A stretch of 64,000 nucleotides of DNA from an uncultured delta proteobacterium (GCA_963782055.1 CAWAIF010000003.1:3104001-3168000), one strand, 5' to 3'. Shown: positions 10,887 to 20,724, numbered from the stretch's first letter. Notes: generated by a model not told the origin, from the sequence alone. Program-made: numbers and translations.

Positions 10887-11585
10887 ATGCCCGGCACCCA
10901 CACCAGCCGCGACTTCGAGGCGGAGCTCCGCGAGCTCCGGGCCCACACCCTCGCCATGGGCGCGCGCTGCGAGCGCAGCCTGCAGCTCGCGCTCGAGGCC
11001 TACTGGCAAGGCTCGACCGAGCTCGCCGAGGAGGTGGTGGAGCTGGACCGACACATCGACCGCGACGAGATGGACATCGACGCGCTGGTGCTCCGCATCC
11101 TCGCCCTGCGGCAGCCGGTGGCCTACGACCTGCGCTTCCTGGCCACCGCGCTCAAGCTGGTGACCGACCTGGAGCGCATCGGGGACGAGGCGGTCAACAT
11201 CGCCGAGCGCGCGCGGGAGGGGAAGGGCGTCGCCCGCAACCAGGTGCGTGACGCGCTGCGGTCCATGTGCGAGCAGGCCCAGCAGATGCTCCGCGACGCC
11301 CTGGACGCCTTCGTCCAGGCGGAGGTCACCCGCGCCGAGCAGGTGCTGGTCCGCGACGACATCGTGGACGCCGCCTACGGGCAGATCCTCCGCACCATGA
11401 TGCAGTTCATGGAGGAGAACCCGAACGAGGTGCCTCCGGCCGTGCGCGTCACCAAGGTCGCCAAGTGCATCGAGCGGGTCGCCGACCACGCCACCAACAT
11501 CGCCGAGGAGGTGATCTTCATGGTGCGCGGGGAGGACGTGCGCCACCACCGGACGCACCCCCCGCCCCCCGCCCGGGAGGGGTGA
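10887..11585 (+). CDS. phoU: PhoU (copy 2)
   Basis: Same PhoU motifs; close paralogue of 7109-7807. Confidence 0.93.
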   Translation: MPGTHTSRDFEAELRELRAHTLAMGARCERSLQLALEAYWQGSTELAEEVVELDRHIDRDEMDIDALVLRILALRQPVAYDLRFLATALKLVTDLERIGDEAVNIAERAREGKGVARNQVRDALRSMCEQAQQMLRDALDAFVQAEVTRAEQVLVRDDIVDAAYGQILRTMMQFMEENPNEVPPAVRVTKVAKCIERVADHATNIAEEVIFMVRGEDVRHHRTHPPPPAREG

Positions 11586-11640
11586 CGGCGTCATCAGGCC
11601 GCTGCCAGAGCGTCACCGTCGCAACGCGGGCGCCGCAAGT

Positions 11641-11678
11641 TTCACAGTATCGTCCCGAAGTTCACAGAGCCGTCACGA
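11641..11678 (+). promoter_or_regulatory. Pho-box-like repeats upstream of the porin gene
   Basis: TTCAC(11661)/GTCAC(11672) 11 bp apart; ttcacagagccgtcacg differs at 2 of 17 positions from gtcacagagccttcacg in the pstB promoter; second weaker pair TTCAC(11641)/GTCCC(11652). Confidence 0.65.
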
Positions 11679-11716
11679 TGTCGTCCGAGGGTGCAGGGCC
11701 GGAAGGGGCCACACCC

Positions 11717-13390
11717 ATGAACCGACGATTCGCGACCCGATGCTTCGCCTTGATGCTCACCGCCGGGGGCGCCGCGAGCGCGCAGACGCCGCCGCCCGCC
11801 GCCACGCCGCCCGCCGCCACCGCGCCCGCCGCCACGGCTCCGGCTCCTGACGCCGGTGCGGCGCCGGGTGTGGGGACCGCGCCGCCGCCGGTCGCCGCCG
11901 CGCCGCCGCCGCCGCTGCCCGCACCACCGCCGCCGCCTCCACCTCCGGCCCCCGCCTCCTCCGGCGGAGGCGTGGCCACACCCCCGGCGAGCGCCGGGAC
12001 GGGCGCCGGCTTCATGTCGCTGCGGCTGATGCGCGAGAAGGGCATCATCACGCAGGCCGAGTACGACAGCGCCATCCACGACCTCTCCGAGAGCGTCGGC
12101 CGCGCGGCCCCCGACGGCCTGTCCTTCGTCCTCGGCAAGTGGTCGACCACGATGTACGGCTTCGTGGAGGCGGACGGCATCTGGGACTCCACCCGCAGCT
12201 TCAACGACATCGCCGGCAGCGGTCAGGTGGCGCGCTCGGGCACCATCCGCGGCGACAACTCCCGCTTCATGATGAGCGTGCGCAACTCGCGCATCGGCTT
12301 CCGCCTGCGCGCGCCGGAGACGCACGGCATCCGCGCGAGCGCCAAGCTGGAGATGGACTTCCTCGGCACCGAGCTCCCCATCGGGGCGGGGCAGCCCTAC
12401 TTCGGCAGCGAGGGCGCCTACTTCACCAACCCGACCTTCCGCATCCGCCACTTCAACCTGAAGCTGGAGACGCCCATCGTCGACGTGCTCATCGGCCAGT
12501 CGTGGCAGCTCCTCGGCTGGCAGGGCATGTACCAGCCCAACACCGTCGAGTACCAGGGCGTGCCGGGTGAGCTCTACGCCCGCACGCCGCAGCTGCTGGT
12601 CCAGAAGACCATCAAGACGCACGCGGTGACGGTGGACGTCGCGGCGGCGCTCGCCCGGCCGGTGCAGCGCGACTCCTCGGTGCCCGACGGGCAAGCGGGC
12701 GTGCGCCTGGCGATCAACCAGTGGACGGGCTGGACCACCAACGGATCCACCGGCACCAACCTGCAGCCCGCCTCCATCGCGCTCACCGGCAACGTGCGGA
12801 AGATCAGCGTGGACGAGTGGTCGGCCGCGCCGAAGAACACCGTCGACAAGTGGGCGTCGGCCATGGCGGTCGACCTCTTCGTGCCGGTGCTGCCCGGGAC
12901 CAAGACCAAGAAGGCCAACGTCCTCTCGCTCACCGGCGAGTTCGCCTACGGCTACGGCGACTCCGACTTCTACACCGGCCTCTCCGGTGGGGTGACCTTC
13001 CCGGCGCCTCCCAACCCGACGGGCGCGAGCCCCGCGCCCACCTACCCGCAGAACATCGACAACGGCATCGCGACCTACGACCTGGCGGGGGGCCTGCACA
13101 CCATCCAGTGGACGTCCTTCTTCGTGGGCGCGCAGTACTACCTGCCCATCCTGGATGGGCGCGTGTGGGTCTCCGGCAACTACTCGCACATCGGCTCGAA
13201 CAACACGCAGTTCTACGGCGCGGCGAGCAAGACGCGGTCGTCGGAGGACTGGTTCGACGCCAACGTCTTCGCCGATCTCACGCGCGCGGTGCGCTTTGGC
13301 GTGGAGTACGCGCACATCGACGACCACTACAACGACGGCGCCACCGCCACCAACCACCGGGTGCAGCTCTCGGCCTTCTACATCTTCTGA
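11717..13390 (+). CDS. Outer-membrane beta-barrel porin (DcaP-like), paralogue 1
   Basis: Signal peptide, Pro/Ala linker, LMREKGIITQAEY helix, YGFVEAD..., SRIGFR, alternating beta-strands, C-terminal Phe (SAFYIF). Confidence 0.75.
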   Translation: MNRRFATRCFALMLTAGGAASAQTPPPAATPPAATAPAATAPAPDAGAAPGVGTAPPPVAAAPPPPLPAPPPPPPPPAPASSGGGVATPPASAGTGAGFMSLRLMREKGIITQAEYDSAIHDLSESVGRAAPDGLSFVLGKWSTTMYGFVEADGIWDSTRSFNDIAGSGQVARSGTIRGDNSRFMMSVRNSRIGFRLRAPETHGIRASAKLEMDFLGTELPIGAGQPYFGSEGAYFTNPTFRIRHFNLKLETPIVDVLIGQSWQLLGWQGMYQPNTVEYQGVPGELYARTPQLLVQKTIKTHAVTVDVAAALARPVQRDSSVPDGQAGVRLAINQWTGWTTNGSTGTNLQPASIALTGNVRKISVDEWSAAPKNTVDKWASAMAVDLFVPVLPGTKTKKANVLSLTGEFAYGYGDSDFYTGLSGGVTFPAPPNPTGASPAPTYPQNIDNGIATYDLAGGLHTIQWTSFFVGAQYYLPILDGRVWVSGNYSHIGSNNTQFYGAASKTRSSEDWFDANVFADLTRAVRFGVEYAHIDDHYNDGATATNHRVQLSAFYIF

Positions 13391-13420
13391 TGGGCGCGCC
13401 GGCGGCTGGCCGGTCGCGCG

Positions 13421-14089
13421 TCAGACCAGGCCCATCCGCCGCAGGGCGGCGGTCGCGCGGAGCCGGCCGCGCAGGCCGAGCACGAAGAGGAGCACACCCG
13501 GGACGCCGCAGAGGACGGAGAAGAGCAGCGTCTCCACGCCGGCGAGGGTGTCCGCGCCCTGCGTCCACGTCGCCCCGACGACGGCCAGCGGCGCGGCGCC
13601 TGCGCACAGCACCACGCCGAGCACGACGAAGGCGAGGCCGCGCGCGCGGCGCCGCCGCAGCGTGGTCACCCCCGCCGGCGGCGTGGGGGCGACGAGCGGT
13701 CCCTCGTAGCGGACCTGCGGTGCGGGAGCCGCGCCCATCCCGGCCACCGGGGCGAAGCGCGAGGGCATGGTGCCGCTGGGATCGCCCCCGGGCTGCGCCG
13801 GCGCGGGGGAGGGCGCGACGGGCGCGGCGGAAGGACCCGCGGCCGGGCGCGCGCCCACCTGCGGGACGTTGGAAGGAAGGGTGGAGCCGACGGCGGAGGG
13901 GCCTGCCGGAGGGGGCGCCGCGGCCACCGCCGGGGCGAGCGCCTGCACCTCGTAGCCGCCCTGCGCGAGCGGCACGACCTGCACCGTGAGCCCCTGCGCC
14001 GCGGCGTGCGCGCGGTGCTGCTCGACGAGCTGAAGGTCCGCCTGCGGGTTGCCGGTGCGAACCGTCGTCCTCCACCCCTGGCCGCTCAT
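13421..14089 (-). CDS. Hypothetical membrane protein (Pro-rich linker, two C-terminal TM helices)
   Basis: MSGQGWRTTVRTGNPQ...; GC3-rich frame; two hydrophobic segments. Confidence 0.6.
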   Translation of the reverse strand: MSGQGWRTTVRTGNPQADLQLVEQHRAHAAAQGLTVQVVPLAQGGYEVQALAPAVAAAPPPAGPSAVGSTLPSNVPQVGARPAAGPSAAPVAPSPAPAQPGGDPSGTMPSRFAPVAGMGAAPAPQVRYEGPLVAPTPPAGVTTLRRRRARGLAFVVLGVVLCAGAAPLAVVGATWTQGADTLAGVETLLFSVLCGVPGVLLFVLGLRGRLRATAALRRMGLV

Positions 14090-14258
14090 CGCACGCGCTC
14101 GCGCCCCGTCATGCGCGCCATCATGGCAGACGCGGAGGGCCCACGGAAGCGAGCCCAAGGCGCGCCGCGGGAGGGGTGTCTCACCGTTGCGCGCTGCGGG
14201 CGCCGCGGTCACCGCGGCGTCGGGCTTCGGCGTCGCACACCCGAAAAGGAGAAGACCG

Positions 14259-14534
14259 ATGACGGGCAACTGGAAGGCGGGCGCCCTCGCGCTCGCGCTG
14301 GCAGGGGCATGTCTGTTCGCCGCCACGAGCGCGCGCGCCGACGACACCACCTACAACGAGACGAGCAACGGCTCCGGGCAGAACGTCGTCTTCAAGGACG
14401 ACCCGCTCGCCGCCGGCGGCTTCGGGCCGAATGACGCGCTCCTTCACGTCCCGGGCACGCCCAAGCGCGTGATGCTGCTCCGGCCGCGCACGCAGTTCAT
14501 CCCCGAGCTGCTCAAGTCGGTGGAGAACCTCTGA
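14259..14534 (+). CDS. Small secreted protein, GltF/CglF-like
   Basis: AAGGAG RBS; signal peptide ending ARA-D; C-terminus LLRPRTQFIPELLKSVENL resembles the myxobacterial CglF/GltF C-terminus. Confidence 0.6.
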   Translation: MTGNWKAGALALALAGACLFAATSARADDTTYNETSNGSGQNVVFKDDPLAAGGFGPNDALLHVPGTPKRVMLLRPRTQFIPELLKSVENL

Positions 14535-14548
14535 GCGCCTGAAGCGCG

Positions 14549-15322
14549 CTACTTGAAGAACAGGTAGATCACCAGGCCGAGGATCCCGAGCAGGGACAGG
14601 CCGACGGCGATCGCGCAGCCGATGCCGGTGATGCCCAGCACCGAGGACGAGGAAGAGGACGCCGCGCCCACGTTGGTGTCGGCGCGGAGCATCGCCTCTC
14701 CCTGGGCGAGCGACACCAGCACGTTGAACGGCCGCCCCTGACGCGTGCCGTCCACGCGGACGCCGAGCTGCGCGCGGTGCTTCTGGTCACCCTCGCCCCG
14801 CTCCACCCAGCACACCGCCCCGCAGCGGCGGCAGCGCACGGCGGGGTCGTCGGCCGGCGTGGGGGCACCGCACCCGGCGCACCCCGCGGTGATGCCGGTG
14901 GAGTCGTCCACCCAGGCGAGGCGGTACTCGAGCGAGAGGCCGCCGCCCTCCGCGCGTGTCCAGGGCTCCACCCACTGGTCCAGCAGCAGCTCCTCCGCCT
15001 TGCCCTCCAGGGGCTTCTTGCAGTGAGGGCAGGGCAGGGAGACCTGCTGCTTGGAGGAGATGGCCATGGGCATCCCGCAGGAGCCGCAGAAGCCCACGGC
15101 CAGCCCCGGGGTGCCGCTCGCCATCGCCCGCCGCGCCGCCGAGAACCATGTCTGCAGGCGCTGCGGGGTGAAGCTCGCGTCGAAGTCGACGGGGGTACCG
15201 TCGGCGGCGAAGACGAGCGACGACCCGCGCCCGCAGAACTGGCAGCCCATCGGCACGTGGATGTGCGGAGGGTCCGCCAGCGGCTCGGAGCACTCGGGAC
15301 AGCGCGCGCGCGCGAGGGGCAT
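14549..15322 (-). CDS. Multi-zinc-ribbon protein with C-terminal TM anchor
   Basis: Six CxxC motifs (CPEC, CQFC, CGSC, CPHC, CAGC, CRRC); hydrophobic C-terminus. Confidence 0.7.
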   Translation of the reverse strand: MPLARARCPECSEPLADPPHIHVPMGCQFCGRGSSLVFAADGTPVDFDASFTPQRLQTWFSAARRAMASGTPGLAVGFCGSCGMPMAISSKQQVSLPCPHCKKPLEGKAEELLLDQWVEPWTRAEGGGLSLEYRLAWVDDSTGITAGCAGCGAPTPADDPAVRCRRCGAVCWVERGEGDQKHRAQLGVRVDGTRQGRPFNVLVSLAQGEAMLRADTNVGAASSSSSSVLGITGIGCAIAVGLSLLGILGLVIYLFFK

Positions 15323-15334
15323 CGAACGGGAAGC

Positions 15335-15979
15335 TTACTTCGTCGCGGGCGCGGCGCTGCCCGAGGCGGCGGGCGCCGGTGCGGCGGCGGCGGCCATGGG
15401 CTTGCCGTTCATCTCCTCGATGTGGAACTCGGTGCGGCGGTTCTCCGCGCGGCCCGCCTCGGTGTCGTTGGGCTTGAGCGGCTTGGTGTCGCCGAAGCCG
15501 ACGGTGTGCAGGCGGCCCGCGGCGATGCCGTGATCGGTCAGCCACTTGGCCACCGCGTCGGCGCGCTCCTGCGAGAGCTTCATGTTGGCGTCCGCCTTGC
15601 CGACGTTGTCGGTGTGCCCCTCGATACGCAGCTTGGTGACCGCCGCGTTCTGATCCAGGAAGGTCTTGAGGGTGTTGAGGATCGTCTTGTTGGGATCCTT
15701 GGTGTCGTTGAGCGCGTACTTGTTGGTGGCGAACTGGATCTGACCGGGGATGGAGACCTTGTCGCCCTCCAGCTTCACGCCCTTGACCGCGCGCATCGCC
15801 ACGTGGTGCGGGGCCGGGGCGGGCGTCGGGGTCGGGGTGGGCGTCGGGGTCGGGGTGGGCGTCGGGGTCGGGGCCGGCTCCGCCTGGTTGGTCTGCATCT
15901 TTACCTCGCAGGCCGAGATGGCGTAGCCGCCGGTGAGCGCCGCGAGCATGAACGTGGTGACGATGAGCTTTCGAGCCAT
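15335..15979 (-). CDS. OmpA-family peptidoglycan-binding lipoprotein
   Basis: ISAC lipobox, (PT)n linker, IEGHTDNVG, NMKLSQERA, NRRTEF. Confidence 0.9.
   Translation of the reverse strand: MARKLIVTTFMLAALTGGYAISACEVKMQTNQAEPAPTPTPTPTPTPTPTPTPAPAPHHVAMRAVKGVKLEGDKVSIPGQIQFATNKYALNDTKDPNKTILNTLKTFLDQNAAVTKLRIEGHTDNVGKADANMKLSQERADAVAKWLTDHGIAAGRLHTVGFGDTKPLKPNDTEAGRAENRRTEFHIEEMNGKPMAAAAAPAPAASGSAAPATK
15821..15872. repeat. Tandem 18-nt repeat encoding the Pro-Thr linker
   Basis: gggcgtcggggtcggggt repeated about 3 times within the OmpA gene. Confidence 0.8.
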
Positions 15980-16140
15980 GGGTTCGGTCCTCCCTGATCC
16001 CGCGAAAGACGGTCTGGACGCCGACCCGATGCGAAGCTCGGGTCTCGGGCGCACGGCGGGGAGGGTAGGCAAGTCGGCGGGCTTTGGGAAGCGGGTTTAC
16101 CGGCGGCGCCCCGCGGGCGTTCTTTGCTAGAACGCACGGC

Positions 16141-18819
16141 GTGCCCACCACCGCCGCGCGCGCCGACAGCCACGGCCTCGCTTCCCGCGTGCGGGAGGAG
16201 CTCGCCGCGCAGGACGCCGAGCTGGCGGCCATGCTCGCCGCGGGCCAGGACGGCCGCGCGCTGGGAGAGGCGCGCGCCGCCGCCCTGGACGCCATGTTCG
16301 GCTGGGTGTTCGAGGCCGCCTGCGAAGCGCACGGGTGCGATCCGGCCCGCGCGCCCCTCACCCTCGCTGCCGCCGGGAGCTACGGCCGCGGCGCGCTCGC
16401 CGCGCGGAGCGACGTGGACGTCCGCCTCGTGGTGCGCGACCGGCCCCGGCGCGCCGCGGGCCTGGCAGACGCCATCCTCTACCCGCTCTGGGACGCCGGG
16501 ATGGTGCTGGGGCACCAGATCGTGCAGCCGCGGGAGGTGCTCACCCTCGCGCGGACGGATCTGGCGACGGCGACGTCCCTGTTCGACCTGCGACCCATCG
16601 CCGGGGACGCGGAGCCGGTTCGGCGGCTTGTCGCGCGGTTCGTCGGCGGGATGCGGGAGCGGCCTGCCATCGACTTCGCCGCGCGGCTGGCGGCGGACAT
16701 CGCCGAGCGGCACGCGCGCTTCGGCACGTCGGTCTACCTGCTGGAGCCGGACGTGAAGAACGGCGCCGGCGGCGCGCGCGATCTGGAGTGCGCCCGCTGG
16801 GCGGCCAAGGCCCGCTTCCCGGCGGCGCGCGAGGGTGACGCGCTGGCGGCGCTCATCGGCATCGGGGTGCTCGACGCGCGCGAGCTCGCGGCGGTGGCCG
16901 CCGCCGACGAGTTCCTCTGGCGGGTGCGCAACCGCCTCCACACGATGGCCTCGCGCCGCAGCGAGCGTCTCACCTTCGAGGCGCAGGAGGCGGTCGCGCT
17001 CGCCGTGGGCTACGACCAAGACGACGGTCGCGCGGCCGCCGCGGAGCGGATGATGCAGGACTACTACCTGCACGCGCGCGCCATCGGCCGCGTGTGCGAC
17101 CGCGTCGTCGCCCGGGCCGGGGCGCGACCTCGCGGTCGCGTGCGCGTCGTGGATCTGGGCGGGGGACTGCTGCTGCGCGGTGGGGAGGCCGCCGTCGCGC
17201 GGCCGGAGGCGCTGCGCGAGGAGCCGGTGCTCGCGCTGCGTGTCCTCGGCGTCTGCGCGCGCCGCGGCGTGCCGCTCGCCCAGGAGGCGCAGGGCGCCGT
17301 CGCGCGCGCGGCGCAGGACCCGGCGTTCGGCGCGGCCCTCCGCGCGAGCCCGGAGGCCGCCTCGCTCTTCGTCGAGCTGCTGTGCACCGTGGCCGACACC
17401 CCCGTCTCCGGCGGGTCGGTCGTGCGGGAGATGCACGAGCTCGGCCTCCTGCTGGCGATGATCCCCGAGTTTGTCCCCGTGACCGGCCGCGTGCACCACG
17501 ACGTCTACCACGTGCTCACCGTCGACGTGCACAGCGTGGCGACCGTCGACTGCCTGCGCGCGCTGGCCCGCGGAGAGCTCGCGGCGGAGCACACCCTGGC
17601 GTCGCGCCTCGCGGCGGAGGTGGCGCGGCCGCGCCCGCTCTTCCTCGCCGCGCTCCTGCACGACGTGGGCAAGGGGTACCCGGACGCCTCCGGGTCGCGC
17701 CGGAACCACTCGCAGGCCGGCGCGGATCTGTGTGACGTCGTGCTTCCGCGGCTGGGGCTGCGGCCGGAGGAGGTGGCGGAGACGCGCGCCCTGGTGCTCC
17801 ACCACCTGGCGATGTACCACGCCGCCACGCGCCGGGACCTGGACGACCCCGCCACCATCGCCGAGTTCGCGCGGCTGGTGCGCGGCCGCGAGGGCCTGCG
17901 CGATCTGTACCTGCTCACCCTCGCCGACATCAGCACGACCTCCCCGCAGGCGATGACGTCCTGGAAGGCGCGCATGCTGGAGGAGCTGTACCTGCGCGCC
18001 GACGAGCACCTCGCCGGAGCGCGCGATCACGTCTACGACGACGAGCGCGTGGCGCGGCTCCGGGAGGAGGCGCACGCCCTCTTCGAGGGGGACGCTGCCG
18101 AGCTCGACGCCTTCGTCGCTGCCATGCCGATGCGCTACCTGCTCGCCACGCCGCCGGCGGCGGTGGCGGCGCACGCCCGCACCGTGCGCGAGGCCGACGG
18201 CAAGCCGGTCCACGTGGCGCTGGGGCCGGCGCGCCACGCCGACACGGCGGAGCTGGTGGTGGTGGCGGCCGATCGCCCCGGGCTGCTCGCCCGCATCGCC
18301 GCCGCGCTCACCGCGTCGCGGCTGCAGGTGCACGCCGCCGAGATCCACGGCGCCTCCCTCGGCGGGCGGGCGGTGGCGGTGGATGTCTTCTTCGTGCGCG
18401 ATCCGGTGGACGGCGCCGCGGGCGCGGCGCGCAGGCTTCCGCGCGTGCGCGCCGACCTCACCGCCCTGTGCGAGGGGCGGACCACCCCGGAGGAGCTGCT
18501 GGAGGCGCGCACCGGGTCCCGCTCGCCGTGGCGCGAGCGCCCGACGCCCGCGGTGCCCAGCAAGGTCGTCATCGACGAGCGCGGGTCGAGCCGCCACACC
18601 ATCGTCGAGGTCTTCGCGAAGGACCAGCCCGGCCTGCTCTTCCGCCTCGCCCGCGCGCTGGAGCAGCTCGGGCTCTCCATCACGCTGTCCAAGATCAACA
18701 CCGAGGGCACCAAGGTCGCCGACGTGTTCTACGTCAACGAGCTGGACGGCTCGAAGGTCGAAGGCAGGGAGCGCCTCGCGGCGATTCGCGATAGGCTCCT
18801 CTCCGCCACCGGGGAATGA
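16141..18819 (+). CDS. glnD: PII uridylyltransferase/uridylyl-removing enzyme GlnD
   Basis: GSYGRGAL..SDVD, LEPDVKNGAGGARD, YHVLTVDVH, LLHDVGKG (HD), two ACT domains (DRPGLL, DQPGLL). Confidence 0.93.
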   Translation: MPTTAARADSHGLASRVREELAAQDAELAAMLAAGQDGRALGEARAAALDAMFGWVFEAACEAHGCDPARAPLTLAAAGSYGRGALAARSDVDVRLVVRDRPRRAAGLADAILYPLWDAGMVLGHQIVQPREVLTLARTDLATATSLFDLRPIAGDAEPVRRLVARFVGGMRERPAIDFAARLAADIAERHARFGTSVYLLEPDVKNGAGGARDLECARWAAKARFPAAREGDALAALIGIGVLDARELAAVAAADEFLWRVRNRLHTMASRRSERLTFEAQEAVALAVGYDQDDGRAAAAERMMQDYYLHARAIGRVCDRVVARAGARPRGRVRVVDLGGGLLLRGGEAAVARPEALREEPVLALRVLGVCARRGVPLAQEAQGAVARAAQDPAFGAALRASPEAASLFVELLCTVADTPVSGGSVVREMHELGLLLAMIPEFVPVTGRVHHDVYHVLTVDVHSVATVDCLRALARGELAAEHTLASRLAAEVARPRPLFLAALLHDVGKGYPDASGSRRNHSQAGADLCDVVLPRLGLRPEEVAETRALVLHHLAMYHAATRRDLDDPATIAEFARLVRGREGLRDLYLLTLADISTTSPQAMTSWKARMLEELYLRADEHLAGARDHVYDDERVARLREEAHALFEGDAAELDAFVAAMPMRYLLATPPAAVAAHARTVREADGKPVHVALGPARHADTAELVVVAADRPGLLARIAAALTASRLQVHAAEIHGASLGGRAVAVDVFFVRDPVDGAAGAARRLPRVRADLTALCEGRTTPEELLEARTGSRSPWRERPTPAVPSKVVIDERGSSRHTIVEVFAKDQPGLLFRLARALEQLGLSITLSKINTEGTKVADVFYVNELDGSKVEGRERLAAIRDRLLSATGE

Positions 18820-19859
18820 GGACCATGTACTCTACAAATATCTCTCGCGTCGCGATGCTCCTGGCCTTCGGCCTGACCGTGACGGCCTGCGGGCCGGACA
18901 AGCCCGCCAACACCGAGGGCACGCCCCCCGAGCCCTCGGCCACCGCCACGCAGACGGCGGCGCCCCCGCCCAGCGCGACGGCCGCCGCCCCCAGCTCGCC
19001 GGACACGGCGAAGGGAATGAAGGCCCTGCAGTCCGGCGATCTCGCCGGCGCCAAGGCCGCCTTCGAGGCGGCGCTCCAGAGCAACCCGAAGGACGCCGAC
19101 GCCACGTTCTACCTGGGCGTCACCCTGGACAAGGGCGGCGACAAGGCGGGCGCAGAGAAGAACTACGCCGCCGCGCTGCAGCTCCGCCCCGACTTCCCGG
19201 AGGCCGCGCAGAACCTCGCGGCCATCGACATCGAGGCGAAGAAGTGGGACGCGGCCATCATGCTGCTGCGGCCGCTCGCCCAGAAGCGCGCCAACGATCC
19301 CGCCGTCCACGAGAACCTCGCCCTGGCCCTCGCCGGCAAGGGGGACCAGGCGGGCGCGACCAAGGAGTTCGAGGCCGCGCAGCACGCGTCGCCCAACGAC
19401 GCGATGCTCCTGTACACCTACGGCCATCAGCTCGCCGTCTGGAGGGATCCGGGCGCCGTGGCGAAGCTCACCGCCGCGCGCGACGCGGCCACGGACGCCG
19501 ATCTGCTCGCCTCCATCGGGCACGACCTGCTCCTGCTGCGCGCGGTGCCGCAGTGCATCGCCACCTTCGACAAGGCCATCAAGGTCAAGGACAGCGCGCC
19601 TTCCCGCACCGAGCGCGGCCTCTGCAAGATGGCCAGCAAGGACGAGGCGGGCGCCGCCGCGGACCTGCAGGCCGCGATCAAGGCCGACCCGAGCTACGCG
19701 CTCGCGCACTACTGGCTCGGCGCGCACTACGGCCAGTCCAAGAAGTGGAAGGACGCCATCAAGGAGTTCGAGGCCTACCTTAAGATCGCGCCGGACGGCC
19801 CCAAGGCCAGGGCCGCGAAGGCGGCGATCGCCCGCGCCAAGAAGAAGGGCAAGAAGTAG
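18816..19859 (+). CDS. TPR-repeat lipoprotein
   Basis: VTAC lipobox; multiple TPR helices; ATGA overlap with glnD. Confidence 0.85.
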   Translation: MRTMYSTNISRVAMLLAFGLTVTACGPDKPANTEGTPPEPSATATQTAAPPPSATAAAPSSPDTAKGMKALQSGDLAGAKAAFEAALQSNPKDADATFYLGVTLDKGGDKAGAEKNYAAALQLRPDFPEAAQNLAAIDIEAKKWDAAIMLLRPLAQKRANDPAVHENLALALAGKGDQAGATKEFEAAQHASPNDAMLLYTYGHQLAVWRDPGAVAKLTAARDAATDADLLASIGHDLLLLRAVPQCIATFDKAIKVKDSAPSRTERGLCKMASKDEAGAAADLQAAIKADPSYALAHYWLGAHYGQSKKWKDAIKEFEAYLKIAPDGPKARAAKAAIARAKKKGKK

Positions 19860-19866
19860 GAAGGGA

Positions 19867-20724
19867 TCAGCCGCGGAAGCCGCGCACCACGCGGCCCACG
19901 CCCTCGGTCAGCTCGCCGAGCGCCACCAGCCGTCCGCCGGCGTCCACCCACGCGTGCACGCCGGGCGCGGTGGGCGCCAGGTCCGCCGGGTCGACCGGCT
20001 TGCCCACGCGCGCGTGCGCCACGCCTCGCTCGGTCAGCGTCGCGACAGGCAGCACGCGCGCGGCGGCGAGGTGCAGCGGGACGAGGGGAGGGGGGGGCTC
20101 GAGGGGCGAGGCGTCGGCCAGCGAGAAGGCTCCGGAGCGCAGCCGGCGCAGCGCCACCAGGTGCCCCACGGTGCCCAGACGCGCCGCGAGATCGCGCGCG
20201 AAGGCGCGCACGTAGTAGCCCTTCGCGACGACCAGACGCACGCGCACCTCGTCGTCCTCCGTGCCGAGCAGCTCGATCGCGCGCGCCGCCACCTCCCGCG
20301 GGGCGAGCTCCGGGGCCTCCCCCCGCCGGGCGAGCTGGTGCGCCCGCACGCCGCCGGCGTGGATGGCGGAGTACGCCGGCGGCACCTGCGCCGATCGCGC
20401 GCGCTCCGCCTCCAGCGCGGCCGGCAGCACCTCCCGCCACCCCGGCGGCGGCGGCACTTGACGGGTCACGCGTCCCTCGGCGTCGAGCGTGTCGGTCTCG
20501 GCCCCGAGCCGCACCGTGGCCTCGTACTCCTTCTCGTCGGCGGTGAGGTACGGCACCAGCTTGGTGGCCTCGCCCACCGCCACCACGAGCACCCCCGTCG
20601 CCATCGGGTCCAGCGTCCCGGCGTGGCCCACCGCGCGCGTCCCGAGCGCCTTGCGCACCCGCGCCACCACGTCGTGGCTGGTGGGTCCGCGCGGCTTGTC
20701 GACGACGAGGACGCCGTCCCGCAT
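19867..20724 (-). CDS. truB: tRNA pseudouridine(55) synthase TruB
   Basis: VDKPRGPTSHDVV, GHAGTLDPMATGVL, QVPPAYSA, KGYYVR. Confidence 0.95.
   Translation of the reverse strand: MRDGVLVVDKPRGPTSHDVVARVRKALGTRAVGHAGTLDPMATGVLVVAVGEATKLVPYLTADEKEYEATVRLGAETDTLDAEGRVTRQVPPPPGWREVLPAALEAERARSAQVPPAYSAIHAGGVRAHQLARRGEAPELAPREVAARAIELLGTEDDEVRVRLVVAKGYYVRAFARDLAARLGTVGHLVALRRLRSGAFSLADASPLEPPPPLVPLHLAAARVLPVATLTERGVAHARVGKPVDPADLAPTAPGVHAWVDAGGRLVALGELTEGVGRVVRGFRG

Noticed and set aside
4207..13390. tRNA-Leu as integration site for a phosphate island
   Set aside because: No integrase, no duplicated tRNA 3' end found by eye, and no evident compositional shift.
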